From UHGV virus genome UHGV-0054069: a stretch of 64,000 nt of DNA, one strand, 5' to 3'. Both the position numbers and the translations under genes were made by a program. Source of the DNA: a virus. Every line of letters starts with the position of its first letter. The first letter of the stretch is position 1. Shown in pieces: positions 1 to 10,356 of the stretch. Below the pieces are notes generated by a model. That model made no database searches and had not been told where the DNA came from. It saw only the letters and a list, made by a program, of their open reading frames with translations.

Positions 1-1349
1 ATGCTGACTTGGTGTTATATGGTGGTGCTGCTGGTGCTGGTAAGACTGCTGCCCTTTTAATGGACTCTTTGAGATTCATTGATGACCCTAACTATAACGC
101 TGTATATTTCCGTCGAAATACTACACAGTTACAAGGTGGTTTATGGCCAGCAGCTAAAAAGCTATTTGGTAAGTTTGGTGGAATCCCACACGAACAGAAA
201 ATGACTATTACGTTCCCTTCAGGAGCGACTATTAAGTTTACTTATTTGGAACTTGAAAAACACTCAGAAGGTCACCAAGGTATCGAATACTCAGCTATTT
301 ACTTCGACGAAGGTACACACTTCTCGGCTTCACAGATTTCATATCTTCAGACACGTTTACGTTCTGGTGCTGAAGGTGACTCATATATGAAGATTTCCAT
401 GAACCCAGATAGAGACCACTTTATTTACGATTGGGTAGAACCATTCCTAGATGAAGAAGGTTATCCAGACCCGTCTAAATGCGGTAGGATTCGTTGGTAT
501 GTTATGAGTGATGGTGTAATGGTTTCTGATTGGGACAAGAATAAGATTCTTGAAATGTTCCCTCTAGAGATTCCTCAAACATATACCTTTATTTCTGGTA
601 CGATTGATGACAACCCAATTCTTGATTTCTTAGAACCTAAGTATCGTGGTAAATTGGAAAACAATACACCAGTTAACGTTGCTCGTCTTCGTTTTGGTAA
701 CTGGAAAGCTCGTGCAGAAGGTTCAAACTATTGGCAAAGACAATGGTGTGAGATTGTTGATAGTGTTCCAGCAGACGTATTTGATGTTCGTGCTTGGGAC
801 TTAGCAGCAACATTACCCTCAGAAGTTAACCCTAATCCTGACTGGACAGCAGGTGTGAAAATGGGTAAATCTAAAAAAGATGGTTGCTATTATGTAATTA
901 ACGTAGTAAGATTTAGAGATAGACCTTCTGGAGTTGAAACACAAATTAATATGACTGCTGAAGGTGATGGTAAACGTACTGGTATTTTTATCCCACAAGA
1001 CCCAGGCGCTGCTGGTAAATCCTACGCAACATCTCTTATTAGAAAACTTGCTGAGAAAGGCTATAGAGCAAGAGCTAAACCTACCAATAAAGATAAAGTT
1101 ACCCGTTTTGCGGGTTTCTCTGCTGCTTCAGAAGCTGGTCTTGTTAAAATTGTTAGAGGCTCTTGGAATGAAGCTTATTTCCAAGAACTAGAAGGTTTTT
1201 GTGGTGATGGTCGTACTAAGGATGACCAAGTGGATGCTACCAGTGATGCTTTCAACAGTCTTAATGAAGTTAAACTATTCAAGCCACCTTCAATGGGTAC
1301 TCATACAGATATTGTAAGAAGTAATCCATACGAAGGGCTGAGATTCTAA
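1..1349 (+). CDS. terminase large subunit (5' partial; frame runs off window start)
   Basis: Walker A-like GGAAGAGKT near visible N-terminus, Walker B-like IYFDEG, acidic C-terminal nuclease-like region; immediately upstream of portal gene. Confidence 0.8.
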   Translation, partial: ADLVLYGGAAGAGKTAALLMDSLRFIDDPNYNAVYFRRNTTQLQGGLWPAAKKLFGKFGGIPHEQKMTITFPSGATIKFTYLELEKHSEGHQGIEYSAIYFDEGTHFSASQISYLQTRLRSGAEGDSYMKISMNPDRDHFIYDWVEPFLDEEGYPDPSKCGRIRWYVMSDGVMVSDWDKNKILEMFPLEIPQTYTFISGTIDDNPILDFLEPKYRGKLENNTPVNVARLRFGNWKARAEGSNYWQRQWCEIVDSVPADVFDVRAWDLAATLPSEVNPNPDWTAGVKMGKSKKDGCYYVINVVRFRDRPSGVETQINMTAEGDGKRTGIFIPQDPGAAGKSYATSLIRKLAEKGYRARAKPTNKDKVTRFAGFSAASEAGLVKIVRGSWNEAYFQELEGFCGDGRTKDDQVDATSDAFNSLNEVKLFKPPSMGTHTDIVRSNPYEGLRF

Positions 1350-1361
1350 TAGGTAGAAAGA

Positions 1362-2828
1362 ATGGCAGATATCACAGAAACACAAGAAAGCCTTCCTCCA
1401 TTCAGAATGGGTGAGGTTGGGAGTCTTGGCCTTAAAGTTCGTTCAGGAAGAATCTATGAAGAACCTAGACAGGCTTTAAGATTCCCAGAAAGTATTAAGA
1501 CTTTCCAACTTATGATGCGAGACCCAGCAGTAGCTGCATCTGTGAACATTATTAAAATGTTTGTCAGAAAGGTTAACTGGAGATTCGTACCACCGAAGGG
1601 TAAAGAGAAAGATGCGAAGCTAATTGAAAGAGCAGAGTTCTTCAACTCATTAATGAATGACATGGAGCATGATTGGGCTGACTTTATTAACTCTGTTATG
1701 TCATTCTGTACTTATGGCTTCTGCGTAAATGAAAAGGTTTATAAGAAACGTCAAGGTAAGAAAGGTAAATATCCTTCCAAGTACAATGATGGTTTAATTG
1801 GTTGGGCTAAGTTACCAATCAGAAATCAGTCAACACTGGATAAGTGGTATTTTGACGCTGACTACAGAAAAGTTACTGGAGTTAGACAGAACCTGAGAAA
1901 TGTCTCTTATATTACTGGTGCAATTAATCTTGCAGAACAACCATTGACAAGAAAACTCCCTAGAAGTAAATTCTTGCTATTCAAGTACGATGATGAATAT
2001 GGAAACCCAGAGGGACGTTCACCACTCCTTAATGCTTATGTACCTTGGAAATATAAGGTTCAGATTGAAGAGTATGAAGCAGTTGGTGTATCAAGAGACT
2101 TAGTGGGTATGCCTAAGATTGGTCTTCCACCAGATTATCTGGATGAGAATGCAGAACCTGAAAAGAAAGCTTTCGTGAAGTATTGCAAAGATATCGTGAA
2201 TGATTTAATTGCAAATGATAGAGCAGGTATTATCTGGCCTAGATTTATCGACCCAGAAACTAAAGAAGATATCTTTGAGTTCTCATTAGTTTCTAGACAG
2301 GGTGCTAAGGCTTATGATACAGGTTCAATCATTGACAGATATTCTAAGCAGATTATGATGGCCTTTATGTCAGATGTTCTTGCTATGGGACAATCAAAAT
2401 ATGGTTCATTCTCTTTGGCAGACTCTAAGACAAGCTTGTTAGCAATGTCTGTAGATATTCTTCTGAAGCAAATCAAGAACGTTATTAACCGTGACCTAGT
2501 AGCACAGACTTACGCTCTGAATATGTGGGATGACGAAGAACACGTTGAGATTGTTTATGATGATATTGAAACTCCAGACCTAGAAGCTATTGGTGCTTAT
2601 ATTCAGAAGACCGTTGCAGTTGGGGCTATGGAAGTTGATAAGCCATTGTCTGATAAGTTAAGAGAACATATTGGTTTACCACCTGCTGATTCATCTAAAC
2701 CTGTATCTGAAGAATTATCTCCTAACACTCAAAGTCGTTCTGGAGATGGTTATAAGACTGCTGGAGAGGGAACTGCTAAGACTCCTTCAGCAAAAGACCC
2801 AAGTACAGCTAACAAGGCAAACAAATAA
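1362..2828 (+). CDS. portal protein
   Basis: 488 aa ORF directly after terminase, size and position typical of portal; no diagnostic motif checked. Confidence 0.6.
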   Translation: MADITETQESLPPFRMGEVGSLGLKVRSGRIYEEPRQALRFPESIKTFQLMMRDPAVAASVNIIKMFVRKVNWRFVPPKGKEKDAKLIERAEFFNSLMNDMEHDWADFINSVMSFCTYGFCVNEKVYKKRQGKKGKYPSKYNDGLIGWAKLPIRNQSTLDKWYFDADYRKVTGVRQNLRNVSYITGAINLAEQPLTRKLPRSKFLLFKYDDEYGNPEGRSPLLNAYVPWKYKVQIEEYEAVGVSRDLVGMPKIGLPPDYLDENAEPEKKAFVKYCKDIVNDLIANDRAGIIWPRFIDPETKEDIFEFSLVSRQGAKAYDTGSIIDRYSKQIMMAFMSDVLAMGQSKYGSFSLADSKTSLLAMSVDILLKQIKNVINRDLVAQTYALNMWDDEEHVEIVYDDIETPDLEAIGAYIQKTVAVGAMEVDKPLSDKLREHIGLPPADSSKPVSEELSPNTQSRSGDGYKTAGEGTAKTPSAKDPSTANKANK

Positions 2829-3328
2829 TGGCAGAAGTTATCTCTATTTCAAATGCTACTAGAGTGCATTCCTATAGAGGTGTCTTAATTATCACTGATG
2901 ATTTAACTATAGAGGCTGGCTCAAGAGTCAGCCTATCAGGGTATATTAGTGGTGGTGGAACCTCTGACGTTTTCACTATTTGCAGGTTACTTGATGCTCC
3001 AATGAACGGAAATCCGTTTATTTCAAACAATTGTAGCGAAATTGTTAAAATTCCATTTGACAGTTCATGCCTTTTGGGTGTAAAGTTATATAACTGTGAG
3101 AATAAACGTGTTAACGTTAATAGTGTTGAAGCTGCTTTCATTACCATTGATACAGCATTTCAATCTCCAATGACAGTAAACAAGTCTACTAACAGACTTG
3201 AATACATTTTTTCACAAAATGATTACAAAGTACTTGTCAAAGGTAAAGTTTATGATATGATTGTAAATGTGGTGGATGAATCTGGTAACCATTCAACAGT
3301 CCTTAAACAAAAAGTAAGGTTTAATTAA
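2828..3328 (+). CDS. hypothetical protein
   Basis: 166 aa ORF, start overlaps portal stop (ATGA-type coupling). Confidence 0.45.
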   Translation: MAEVISISNATRVHSYRGVLIITDDLTIEAGSRVSLSGYISGGGTSDVFTICRLLDAPMNGNPFISNNCSEIVKIPFDSSCLLGVKLYNCENKRVNVNSVEAAFITIDTAFQSPMTVNKSTNRLEYIFSQNDYKVLVKGKVYDMIVNVVDESGNHSTVLKQKVRFN

Positions 3329-3660
3329 TGGGAACATTAACTATTGATGGTAAGAATAAAATCCTAGCCACACTAACCCCGACGACTATTGTATTACACA
3401 ATGTAGACCCAACGGCAGACCCTACAGCAAATAAGGTTACTCAGCCAGTGGCTATCTTCTTTTCGGAACCTGATAACGGTCTAATTGCCTCAGAAGATAC
3501 GGTAAACATTACTGTTCCGGCTTCTGCAACGGTTTCACATTATAGCCTATGGGATGAGAATATCAAGTGCGTGGCAACAGGTGCTTTGAGTAAACCTCAG
3601 TTCTTTGCTGAAGAAGGTATCTATGTTATCTCTTCAGTGTCCGTTGACTTAAACAAATAG
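3328..3660 (+). CDS. hypothetical protein
   Basis: 110 aa ORF, start overlaps upstream stop. Confidence 0.45.
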   Translation: MGTLTIDGKNKILATLTPTTIVLHNVDPTADPTANKVTQPVAIFFSEPDNGLIASEDTVNITVPASATVSHYSLWDENIKCVATGALSKPQFFAEEGIYVISSVSVDLNK

Positions 3661-3671
3661 GGTGAGTAATA

Positions 3672-5012
3672 ATGAGTTCGAATATCTTCAGACTTGCTGA
3701 TAGATTATTCAACCAACCTTTACTAGCCACTGAATCATTAGCTCACTCAGCAGCGACTTATGTAAATAACCGCTTGCTAGGTGAAGTACAAGCAGCAGTA
3801 AACTTCGACAAACCTAAAGGTGAAGCAAGAAGTCTTTTAAAAGTTCAAGACGATATTGCTATCATCCCTATTATGGGTGGCCTAACACATCGTATGACAT
3901 TTATGGATGCTATGTGTACTGGTGGTCTGAGTTCTTATGAAGGTTTACGCAGAGGCTTCGATGAAGCTTTAGCAGATGAATCTATTAAGACTATCGTACT
4001 GCATGTTGATTCAGGTGGTGGTGAAGCGTCAGGTTGCTTTGAGTTGGCACGTCACATCATGGCTTCAAGAGGCCAAAAGAAAATTATCGCTTATGTAGAT
4101 GAGTTCGCTTGTTCCGCTGCATATGCTCTTGCATCTTCTGCTGAAGAAATTATTGCTTCACCAGATGCAGACGTTGGTTCAATCGGTGTAATTATGGTTC
4201 ACCAAGAATTGACAAGGGCTTTTGAAAAGAATGGCGTTACAATTAACGTTATTAAAGCTGGTGAGTTTAAAGGTATGGGTTCTCCCTTCCAAGCACTTTC
4301 AGAAGAAAGCAAAGAAAGACTTCAAAAGAGAATTAATGACACCTATTCAACCTTTACAGGTTTTGTAGCTGAGTCCCGTAGTATCTCTGAAGAAGCTGTA
4401 AAGAATACTGAGGCGAATGTTTATTCTGCTCAGGAAGCTCTTGAACTTGGTTTAATCAATTCAATCATGTCTCAAGATGATTTCTTAAATTACTTACAAG
4501 GTTCTGAAGAGGCTCCTGTAAGTTTAAACGTTAACAATTCAGGTGAAGAAATGACTGAACAAGAAAAGCAAGAACTAGAGGCTTTGCGTCTTCAGGTTGC
4601 TCAAATGAAAGCTAAAGAACAGGAAGCTACTCTGTCAGATTTAACTGGCAAGATTTCTGCTTCTGCTGAAGCTTTTGGGTTTGATGCAAAAGAAGCTGCA
4701 ACAGCTATTTTAGGTGCTGGTCTTGATAACCCTCTGAGTGTTCTGTTTATGAATGCTATGGAAGGTGCTAACCAGAAACTTAATGAAACTATCGCGTCCC
4801 ATGCTTCCGCAATGTCTGAGAAGGACTCAGAAATCACTAAGCTGAAAGAAACTGCTGGTGCTGTTCTGGAACACTCTACCGCAATGGAAGAAATCGGAAA
4901 TGACGGTGAAGCAGATTTGGAAGAAGAAGTAGAAGCTCCAAATGCTGATGCAAACACCGACCAACGCAAACTGGCTCTCCAGAATGCTTTGCAATCTCTT
5001 ATCAAGAAATAA
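3672..5012 (+). CDS. prohead protease / scaffold fusion (S49 SppA-ClpP-like, lambda gpC-like)
   Basis: S49-like core (VDSGGGEASG ... GSIGVIM) followed by long acidic coiled-coil C-terminal half; sits between portal and capsid genes. Confidence 0.7.
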   Translation: MSSNIFRLADRLFNQPLLATESLAHSAATYVNNRLLGEVQAAVNFDKPKGEARSLLKVQDDIAIIPIMGGLTHRMTFMDAMCTGGLSSYEGLRRGFDEALADESIKTIVLHVDSGGGEASGCFELARHIMASRGQKKIIAYVDEFACSAAYALASSAEEIIASPDADVGSIGVIMVHQELTRAFEKNGVTINVIKAGEFKGMGSPFQALSEESKERLQKRINDTYSTFTGFVAESRSISEEAVKNTEANVYSAQEALELGLINSIMSQDDFLNYLQGSEEAPVSLNVNNSGEEMTEQEKQELEALRLQVAQMKAKEQEATLSDLTGKISASAEAFGFDAKEAATAILGAGLDNPLSVLFMNAMEGANQKLNETIASHASAMSEKDSEITKLKETAGAVLEHSTAMEEIGNDGEADLEEEVEAPNADANTDQRKLALQNALQSLIKK

Positions 5013-5024
5013 GGAACACAAATA

Positions 5025-5402
5025 ATGGCATATCCAGGTTTTACTAAATTAGGTGAAAGAGAACCTCTGAATGATATCATTCTATGGGAACAGATTACAC
5101 CAACTGGTCACTCTCGTAAAGAGTACGCTCCAGTAGCCAGCACAGAATACCGTGTAGGTGAAGTTCTGAAAGCTGACGGCTCTAAAGTAGCTGCTGGTCA
5201 AGAAGCTCAGGCTGACTCTGTTTGTATCGTAAACTTCTATGCAGACCTGCAACTGTCTTACCACGGTCAGTTGAAAGTTGTTGGTATCTACCGTGACGCT
5301 GAACTTAAGGACTTACTGACATTAGCAGATGGTGTTGATGCTGCTGCTGTTAAGTCTGCCCTGAAAGCAAAAGGTATTGATTTCGTACCAACTGGCCTGT
5401 AA
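5025..5402 (+). CDS. head decoration protein (lambda gpD-like)
   Basis: 125 aa ORF immediately upstream of major capsid gene; size and position match gpD-like decoration proteins. Confidence 0.5.
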   Translation: MAYPGFTKLGEREPLNDIILWEQITPTGHSRKEYAPVASTEYRVGEVLKADGSKVAAGQEAQADSVCIVNFYADLQLSYHGQLKVVGIYRDAELKDLLTLADGVDAAAVKSALKAKGIDFVPTGL

Positions 5403-5433
5403 TTAATAATAAGACATTCTGGAGAATTTTATA

Positions 5434-6540
5434 ATGGCATTAACTAATTCTGAAAAAAGCAGATTTTTCCTTGCTGACCTGACTGGTGAAGTCCAGTCTA
5501 TCCCAAATACTTACGGTTATATTTCCGGTTTGGGACTGTTCCGTTCTGCTCCACAGACTCAAACTACTTTCCTGATGGACTTGACAGATTGGGATATCAG
5601 CTTGCTTGATGCTGTAGACCGCACTAGTCGTAAAGCTGAAACAAGTGCGCCTGAACGTGTTAAGCAGATTAGCTTCCCAATGATGTACTTCAAGGAAGTT
5701 GAAAGCATCACTCCTGATGAAATTCAGGGTGTACGTCAGCCAGGCACTGCAAATGAACTGACTACTGAAGCAGTTGTACGTGCTAAGAAGCTGATGAAGA
5801 TTCGTACCAAGTTCGATATTACTCGTGAGTTCTTGTTCATGCAAGCCCTGAAGGGTAAAGTAATTGACGCTAACGGTGTTCTGTACGCAGACCTGTACAA
5901 GCAGTTCGATGTAACTAAGAAGACTATCTACTTCGACCTTGACAACCCGAACTCTGATATCGATGCGCACATTGAAGACCTGCGTATGCACATGGAAGAC
6001 GAAGCTAAGACAGGTACTGTAATTAACGGTGAAGAAATTAACATCGTTGTTGACAGAACTTTCTTCAGCAAACTTACCAAGCATCCGAAGATTCGTGACG
6101 CATACCTTGCACAGCAGACTCCTCTGGCTTGGCAGCAGATTACTGGTTCTCTAAGAACTGGTGGTTCTGATGGTGTTCAGGCTCATATGAACACATTCTA
6201 CTACGGTGGTGTTAAGTTTGTCCAGTACAACGGTAAGTTCAAAGACAAGCGTAACAAGACTCACACTCTGGTGAGCATTGACGGTGTGTCTGATGTTAAT
6301 ATTGGTGTAGGTCACGCTTTCCCTAACGTTGCAATGCTGGGTGAAGCAAACAACATCTTTGAAGTGGCTTATGCGCCATGTCCTAAGATGGGTTACGCAA
6401 ATACTCTTGGTCAGGAACTGTACGTATTCGAATATGAAAAAGACCGTGACGAAGGTATTGACTTCGAAGCTCACTCTTACATGCTTCCATACTGCACACG
6501 TCCTCAGTTACTGGTTGACGTTCGTTCAGACGCTGCTTAA
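5434..6540 (+). CDS. major capsid protein (lambda gpE-like)
   Basis: 368 aa ORF after protease and decoration genes; strong codon usage (many highly expressed-type codons); lambda-like head gene order. Confidence 0.65.
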   Translation: MALTNSEKSRFFLADLTGEVQSIPNTYGYISGLGLFRSAPQTQTTFLMDLTDWDISLLDAVDRTSRKAETSAPERVKQISFPMMYFKEVESITPDEIQGVRQPGTANELTTEAVVRAKKLMKIRTKFDITREFLFMQALKGKVIDANGVLYADLYKQFDVTKKTIYFDLDNPNSDIDAHIEDLRMHMEDEAKTGTVINGEEINIVVDRTFFSKLTKHPKIRDAYLAQQTPLAWQQITGSLRTGGSDGVQAHMNTFYYGGVKFVQYNGKFKDKRNKTHTLVSIDGVSDVNIGVGHAFPNVAMLGEANNIFEVAYAPCPKMGYANTLGQELYVFEYEKDRDEGIDFEAHSYMLPYCTRPQLLVDVRSDAA

Positions 6541-6561
6541 TACAGATAAGGAGGGTTATTA

Positions 6562-7011
6562 ATGTGTTACACAGGCGACCCAGCCAATAACCCTCTTGAT
6601 AGAGTTAGAATCCTCTGCACCGATACTGACAATAATGAATTACTTATTGAACAGTCGGTGCTTGAGTGGTTCTACCAAGAATCTGGAAAGGATGAAAAGA
6701 AAGCAGCCATCAAAGCTCTTAAATATTTACTCTTTCAAGTAGCCAAGATGGGAGATGAGAAAGTTGGTGGTGTTTATTTACGTAACTCTTCCAGATTCAA
6801 ATCTCTAAAAGCTGCATATGACGACCTAGTTAAAAGCTCTGTTAATGGTATCCCTTATGCGGGAGGTATTAATCAGTGTGACATTGATATGCGTCGTCAA
6901 AATCCTTGCTCTGTCAAGAAATATACTGAATACGGTGATGCTGCACGTTATGATGGTAGAGATTACTGCGAACGTGTGAATGGTGTATTTGTTATCGAGC
7001 GAGATGAATAA
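6562..7011 (+). CDS. hypothetical head/neck protein
   Basis: 149 aa ORF with RBS (aaggaggg) after capsid gene. Confidence 0.45.
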   Translation: MCYTGDPANNPLDRVRILCTDTDNNELLIEQSVLEWFYQESGKDEKKAAIKALKYLLFQVAKMGDEKVGGVYLRNSSRFKSLKAAYDDLVKSSVNGIPYAGGINQCDIDMRRQNPCSVKKYTEYGDAARYDGRDYCERVNGVFVIERDE

Positions 7012-7493
7012 TGGTTAAAAGGGTTATTCACCCCGCTAGAGCTAAATTAGTCGGGGCTATGAAGAACTTGCATACGGCTAATGCTCAAGTTGGGTATTTT
7101 CAAGAACAAGGTCAACATAGCTCTGGTTTTTCTTATCCTGCTTTAATGTATTTACACGAAGTTATTGGGGTTCCCTCTGCTTCTGGTAAAGTTTATCGTA
7201 GGCTGTTTGAAATTACTATGATGTTATCTCGACAGACCTTGTTAGAGCAGACTAAGAAGAATCTCTATAAGCAATTAAACAGTCTTAATACTGACCCCTC
7301 AGATACTTTAGAAGCATTTGCAAAGAGTGCTCAGAAAGCAATTAAAAGAGGTTTTGGTAATACGGCTATATTACCTCCTAATGCTCCATCTACAGTTAAA
7401 AAGAAAGGCTTTAATGCCCCTCTTGTGGAAACTGGAGATTTACGAGATAACCTTGCTTATAAAATCTCTACAAAGAAAGGTATTAAGAAATGA
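7011..7493 (+). CDS. putative head-tail connector / neck protein
   Basis: 160 aa ORF, start overlaps upstream stop; position between head and tail genes. Confidence 0.4.
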   Translation: MVKRVIHPARAKLVGAMKNLHTANAQVGYFQEQGQHSSGFSYPALMYLHEVIGVPSASGKVYRRLFEITMMLSRQTLLEQTKKNLYKQLNSLNTDPSDTLEAFAKSAQKAIKRGFGNTAILPPNAPSTVKKKGFNAPLVETGDLRDNLAYKISTKKGIKK

Positions 7494-7891
7494 GGCTCTT
7501 GAACAGACACAGCTTTGTAGTTAAACGTAAGGTCTCTGAAGATGGTTATTACAATAACGATGGTGATTGGGTAGCTTCTCAGGATATTATAGCAATTAAC
7601 TGCAAAGGTAATATCCAACCTTATATCAAGGGTTCTGTAAAGAATGGTACTCAGATTGTTTTACCTGAAGGTATCAGATTAACAGATACAAGAATCCTTT
7701 TCACTGTAGCTAAATTAAGGACGTCTGATGACGTTGATTGGACTGAAGCTGATATTGTTATGATTGATGGACACGAATACGAAGTCTTCATGATGATGGA
7801 TTGGTCTGAACAATTAGCTCACACATCCCATTATGAATATATCATCATTAGAAGGGATAAGATGAATGCAGTTAGAAACAGCAGAACTTGA
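7490..7891 (+). CDS. hypothetical neck/tail completion protein
   Basis: 133 aa ORF, overlapping start. Confidence 0.4.
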   Translation: MRLLNRHSFVVKRKVSEDGYYNNDGDWVASQDIIAINCKGNIQPYIKGSVKNGTQIVLPEGIRLTDTRILFTVAKLRTSDDVDWTEADIVMIDGHEYEVFMMMDWSEQLAHTSHYEYIIIRRDKMNAVRNSRT

Positions 7892-8465
7892 AAAGGGGAT
7901 TGTTAGAACTTTGGTAGATGTTATCGGTCACCGTTTAGCAAGAGATAAGAATAACAGACCAAACGTTATTAGGGCTTACCCTTCTGACAATTCTAATGAC
8001 AAAGGTTTAAAACCTGACCAGCCATTTATTACGGTTTATTGTCAAGATGCTACCACTCCTTATGGATGGGTTCTTGATAAGTTTGTGGAAGACGATGTAG
8101 TTTGTTACAGAATTGCTTTTCAGATTCCAGTATTAATTACCGTAAATGGTAAAGGTGCTCACAGTATTATGCTGGAGCTAAAACAAAGATTAGAGATGAG
8201 TACGACAAGAGATTTATTAGCTCAAGAGACAGGTGCTTCAGTACTTGACACAGGGGCTATCCCAAATGACTACACTTATCTCAACACAGACTTTGAAAAT
8301 TCTGCACCTCTTGTTGTAACCCTTGTAAAAAATTCAGTATTAAAAGATGAACATGGGAGTATTATTGAACATGTCATTGTGGATGGTGAATTGGTTTACG
8401 AGGAAGGACAGGAGCCACCAGAATATACTATCCATCTAGATGTAGACTCCAAAGGGGTAAAATAA
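7866..8465 (+). CDS. hypothetical tail completion protein
   Basis: 199 aa ORF preceding putative sheath gene. Confidence 0.4.
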   Translation: MQLETAELEKGIVRTLVDVIGHRLARDKNNRPNVIRAYPSDNSNDKGLKPDQPFITVYCQDATTPYGWVLDKFVEDDVVCYRIAFQIPVLITVNGKGAHSIMLELKQRLEMSTTRDLLAQETGASVLDTGAIPNDYTYLNTDFENSAPLVVTLVKNSVLKDEHGSIIEHVIVDGELVYEEGQEPPEYTIHLDVDSKGVK

Positions 8466-9818
8466 ATGTGGAATCCAATTGTTAATGTAGATATTACATT
8501 GAACACAGCAGGGACTACAAGAGAAGGTTTTGGTTTACCATTATTCCTTGCTTCAACAGATAACTTTGAAGAAAGAATCCGTGGTTATACTTCATTAACA
8601 GAAGTGGCTGAAGACTTTGATGAAAGTACCGCTGCATATAAAGCTGCAAAACAGCTATGGAGCCAAACTCCAAAAGTAACTCAACTGTATATTGGTAGAA
8701 GAACTATGCAATATACCGTTTCTATTCCTGACACAGTTGCTGAAGGAAGTGAATATTCATTAACAGTTGCTATTGGTGGTGGTGTTTCTCAGCCATTCCA
8801 ATACACTGCAAAAGAAAGTGACACAGCACTTATTGTCTTGAGTGAGTTTAAATCACAGATTGAAGCAAGCCCAACAATTAAAGATGGTGTGAATGTTAGT
8901 GTAACAGGTACTGGTGCTTCTGCGACGATGATTATTACTAAAGCTGGTGATAATGATTTCGTAAAAGTAACATCTATCACGGCTACAACATCTATTGCAG
9001 CTACAACTGCTGACACAGCTTCCGCTGCTCTGGCATCCATCGAAACTTATTCAACAGACTGGTACTTCATCTCAGCAGAAGACAGAACTCAACAGTTTGT
9101 CTTGGCAATGGCTTCAGAGATTCAGGCTCGTAAGAAGATTTTCTTTACAGCTAATGCTGACGTTAAAGCTTTGCAAGGAACTGAATTAGCCTCTGCAACC
9201 GATGTTCCGGCACAGTTAGCTAAAAATAAGTACACTCGTACAGTTTGCTTGTGGCATCACACATCTGAGTATGACTACCCAGAAATGGCTTACATCGCAT
9301 ATGGAGCACCTTATGATGCAGGTTCAATTGCTTGGGGTAATGCTCAATTAACTGGTGTTGCAGCATCTCTACAACCTGCTAATCAGAGACCTCTGACAAG
9401 TATTCAGAAGTCAGCTTTAGATGCACGTCACTGTAACTTTATTGACCTTGATGGTGGTGTTCCAGTGGTTCGTAGAGGGATTACTTCTGGTGGGGAATGG
9501 ATTGATATCATCCGTGGTGTTGACTGGTTAGAATCAGACCTGAAAACTTCTCTGAGAGACTTGCTAATTAACCAGAAGGGTGGTAAGATTACTTATGATG
9601 ATACTGGTATTACCCGTATTCGTCAAGTCATTGAAACCTCTCTACAAAGAGCAGTCAACAGAAACTTCCTGTCATCTTACACAGTTAATGTTCCTAAAGC
9701 CTCTCAAGTTGCTTTAGCAGACAAGAAAGCACGTATCCTGAAAGATGTTACCTTCGCAGGTATCTTAGCAGGGGCTATCTTGGATGTTGACTTGAAAGGT
9801 ACAGTGGCTTACGAATAA
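8466..9818 (+). CDS. putative tail sheath protein
   Basis: 450 aa ORF followed by small tube-sized ORF, chaperone pair and tape measure: canonical contractile-tail order; assignment by position only. Confidence 0.5.
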   Translation: MWNPIVNVDITLNTAGTTREGFGLPLFLASTDNFEERIRGYTSLTEVAEDFDESTAAYKAAKQLWSQTPKVTQLYIGRRTMQYTVSIPDTVAEGSEYSLTVAIGGGVSQPFQYTAKESDTALIVLSEFKSQIEASPTIKDGVNVSVTGTGASATMIITKAGDNDFVKVTSITATTSIAATTADTASAALASIETYSTDWYFISAEDRTQQFVLAMASEIQARKKIFFTANADVKALQGTELASATDVPAQLAKNKYTRTVCLWHHTSEYDYPEMAYIAYGAPYDAGSIAWGNAQLTGVAASLQPANQRPLTSIQKSALDARHCNFIDLDGGVPVVRRGITSGGEWIDIIRGVDWLESDLKTSLRDLLINQKGGKITYDDTGITRIRQVIETSLQRAVNRNFLSSYTVNVPKASQVALADKKARILKDVTFAGILAGAILDVDLKGTVAYE

Positions 9819-9833
9819 TAGAGGTAAATTGGA

Positions 9834-10280
9834 ATGGCTATGTATCAGCAATATTCCCCTAAAGACGTTGTATGTAGCTGGAACGGCATTGCTATCGAAG
9901 GCTTTGCCCCAGACTCATTCTTGCGTCTACAGAGAACATCACCACTTGTTACACCAGTTGTAGGTGCAGGTGGTCAAGTAGCTCTGACAAGAAATGCAGA
10001 CAAGACAGGTACGATTGAGATTGAGCTAATGCAGACTTCTCTATCAAACCAGATGCTTTCTGCAATTCAAGCTAAACAAGATGACATGGAACTTGAAGAA
10101 GATATCTCATCTAACTTTGTAATTTACGACCCATCCGGTTCAGTTCTGGCAACAGGTATTAATGCTTGGTTGCAAGAGCTTCCACAGATTGAATTAGGTC
10201 GTGACCAGAACTCGAAAACTTGGATTTTCGGTTGTGAGAAGTTAGATTACACTTCAACAATCCCTGCATCAAGCGTTTAA
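9834..10280 (+). CDS. putative tail tube protein
   Basis: 148 aa ORF between sheath candidate and chaperone; followed by strong terminator. Confidence 0.5.
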   Translation: MAMYQQYSPKDVVCSWNGIAIEGFAPDSFLRLQRTSPLVTPVVGAGGQVALTRNADKTGTIEIELMQTSLSNQMLSAIQAKQDDMELEEDISSNFVIYDPSGSVLATGINAWLQELPQIELGRDQNSKTWIFGCEKLDYTSTIPASSV

Positions 10281-10293
10281 CAAATCCTAATAA

Positions 10294-10330
10294 GGGGGAG
10301 ACTGTAAAAGGTCTTCCCCTTTTGTGTTTT
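10294..10330 (+). terminator. rho-independent terminator
   Basis: GGGGAGAC-loop-GTCTTCCCC stem followed by TTTTGTGTTTT. Confidence 0.6.
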
Positions 10331-10356
10331 TATAGCATAACTTTTAAGGAATCACA

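Noticed and set aside
964-1191. 75-aa ORF nested in another frame inside the terminase gene
   Set aside because: Fully embedded in a high-confidence gene, Leu-rich with no RBS; alternate-frame artefact.
5440-6084. Long antisense ORFs inside well-supported genes (for example 5440-6084 minus in the capsid gene, 4601-5080 minus, 31765-32169 plus inside the polymerase)
   Set aside because: They lie entirely within strongly supported genes on the opposite strand, lack RBS and are rich in Leu/Ser/Cys as expected of antisense reading of AT-rich coding DNA.
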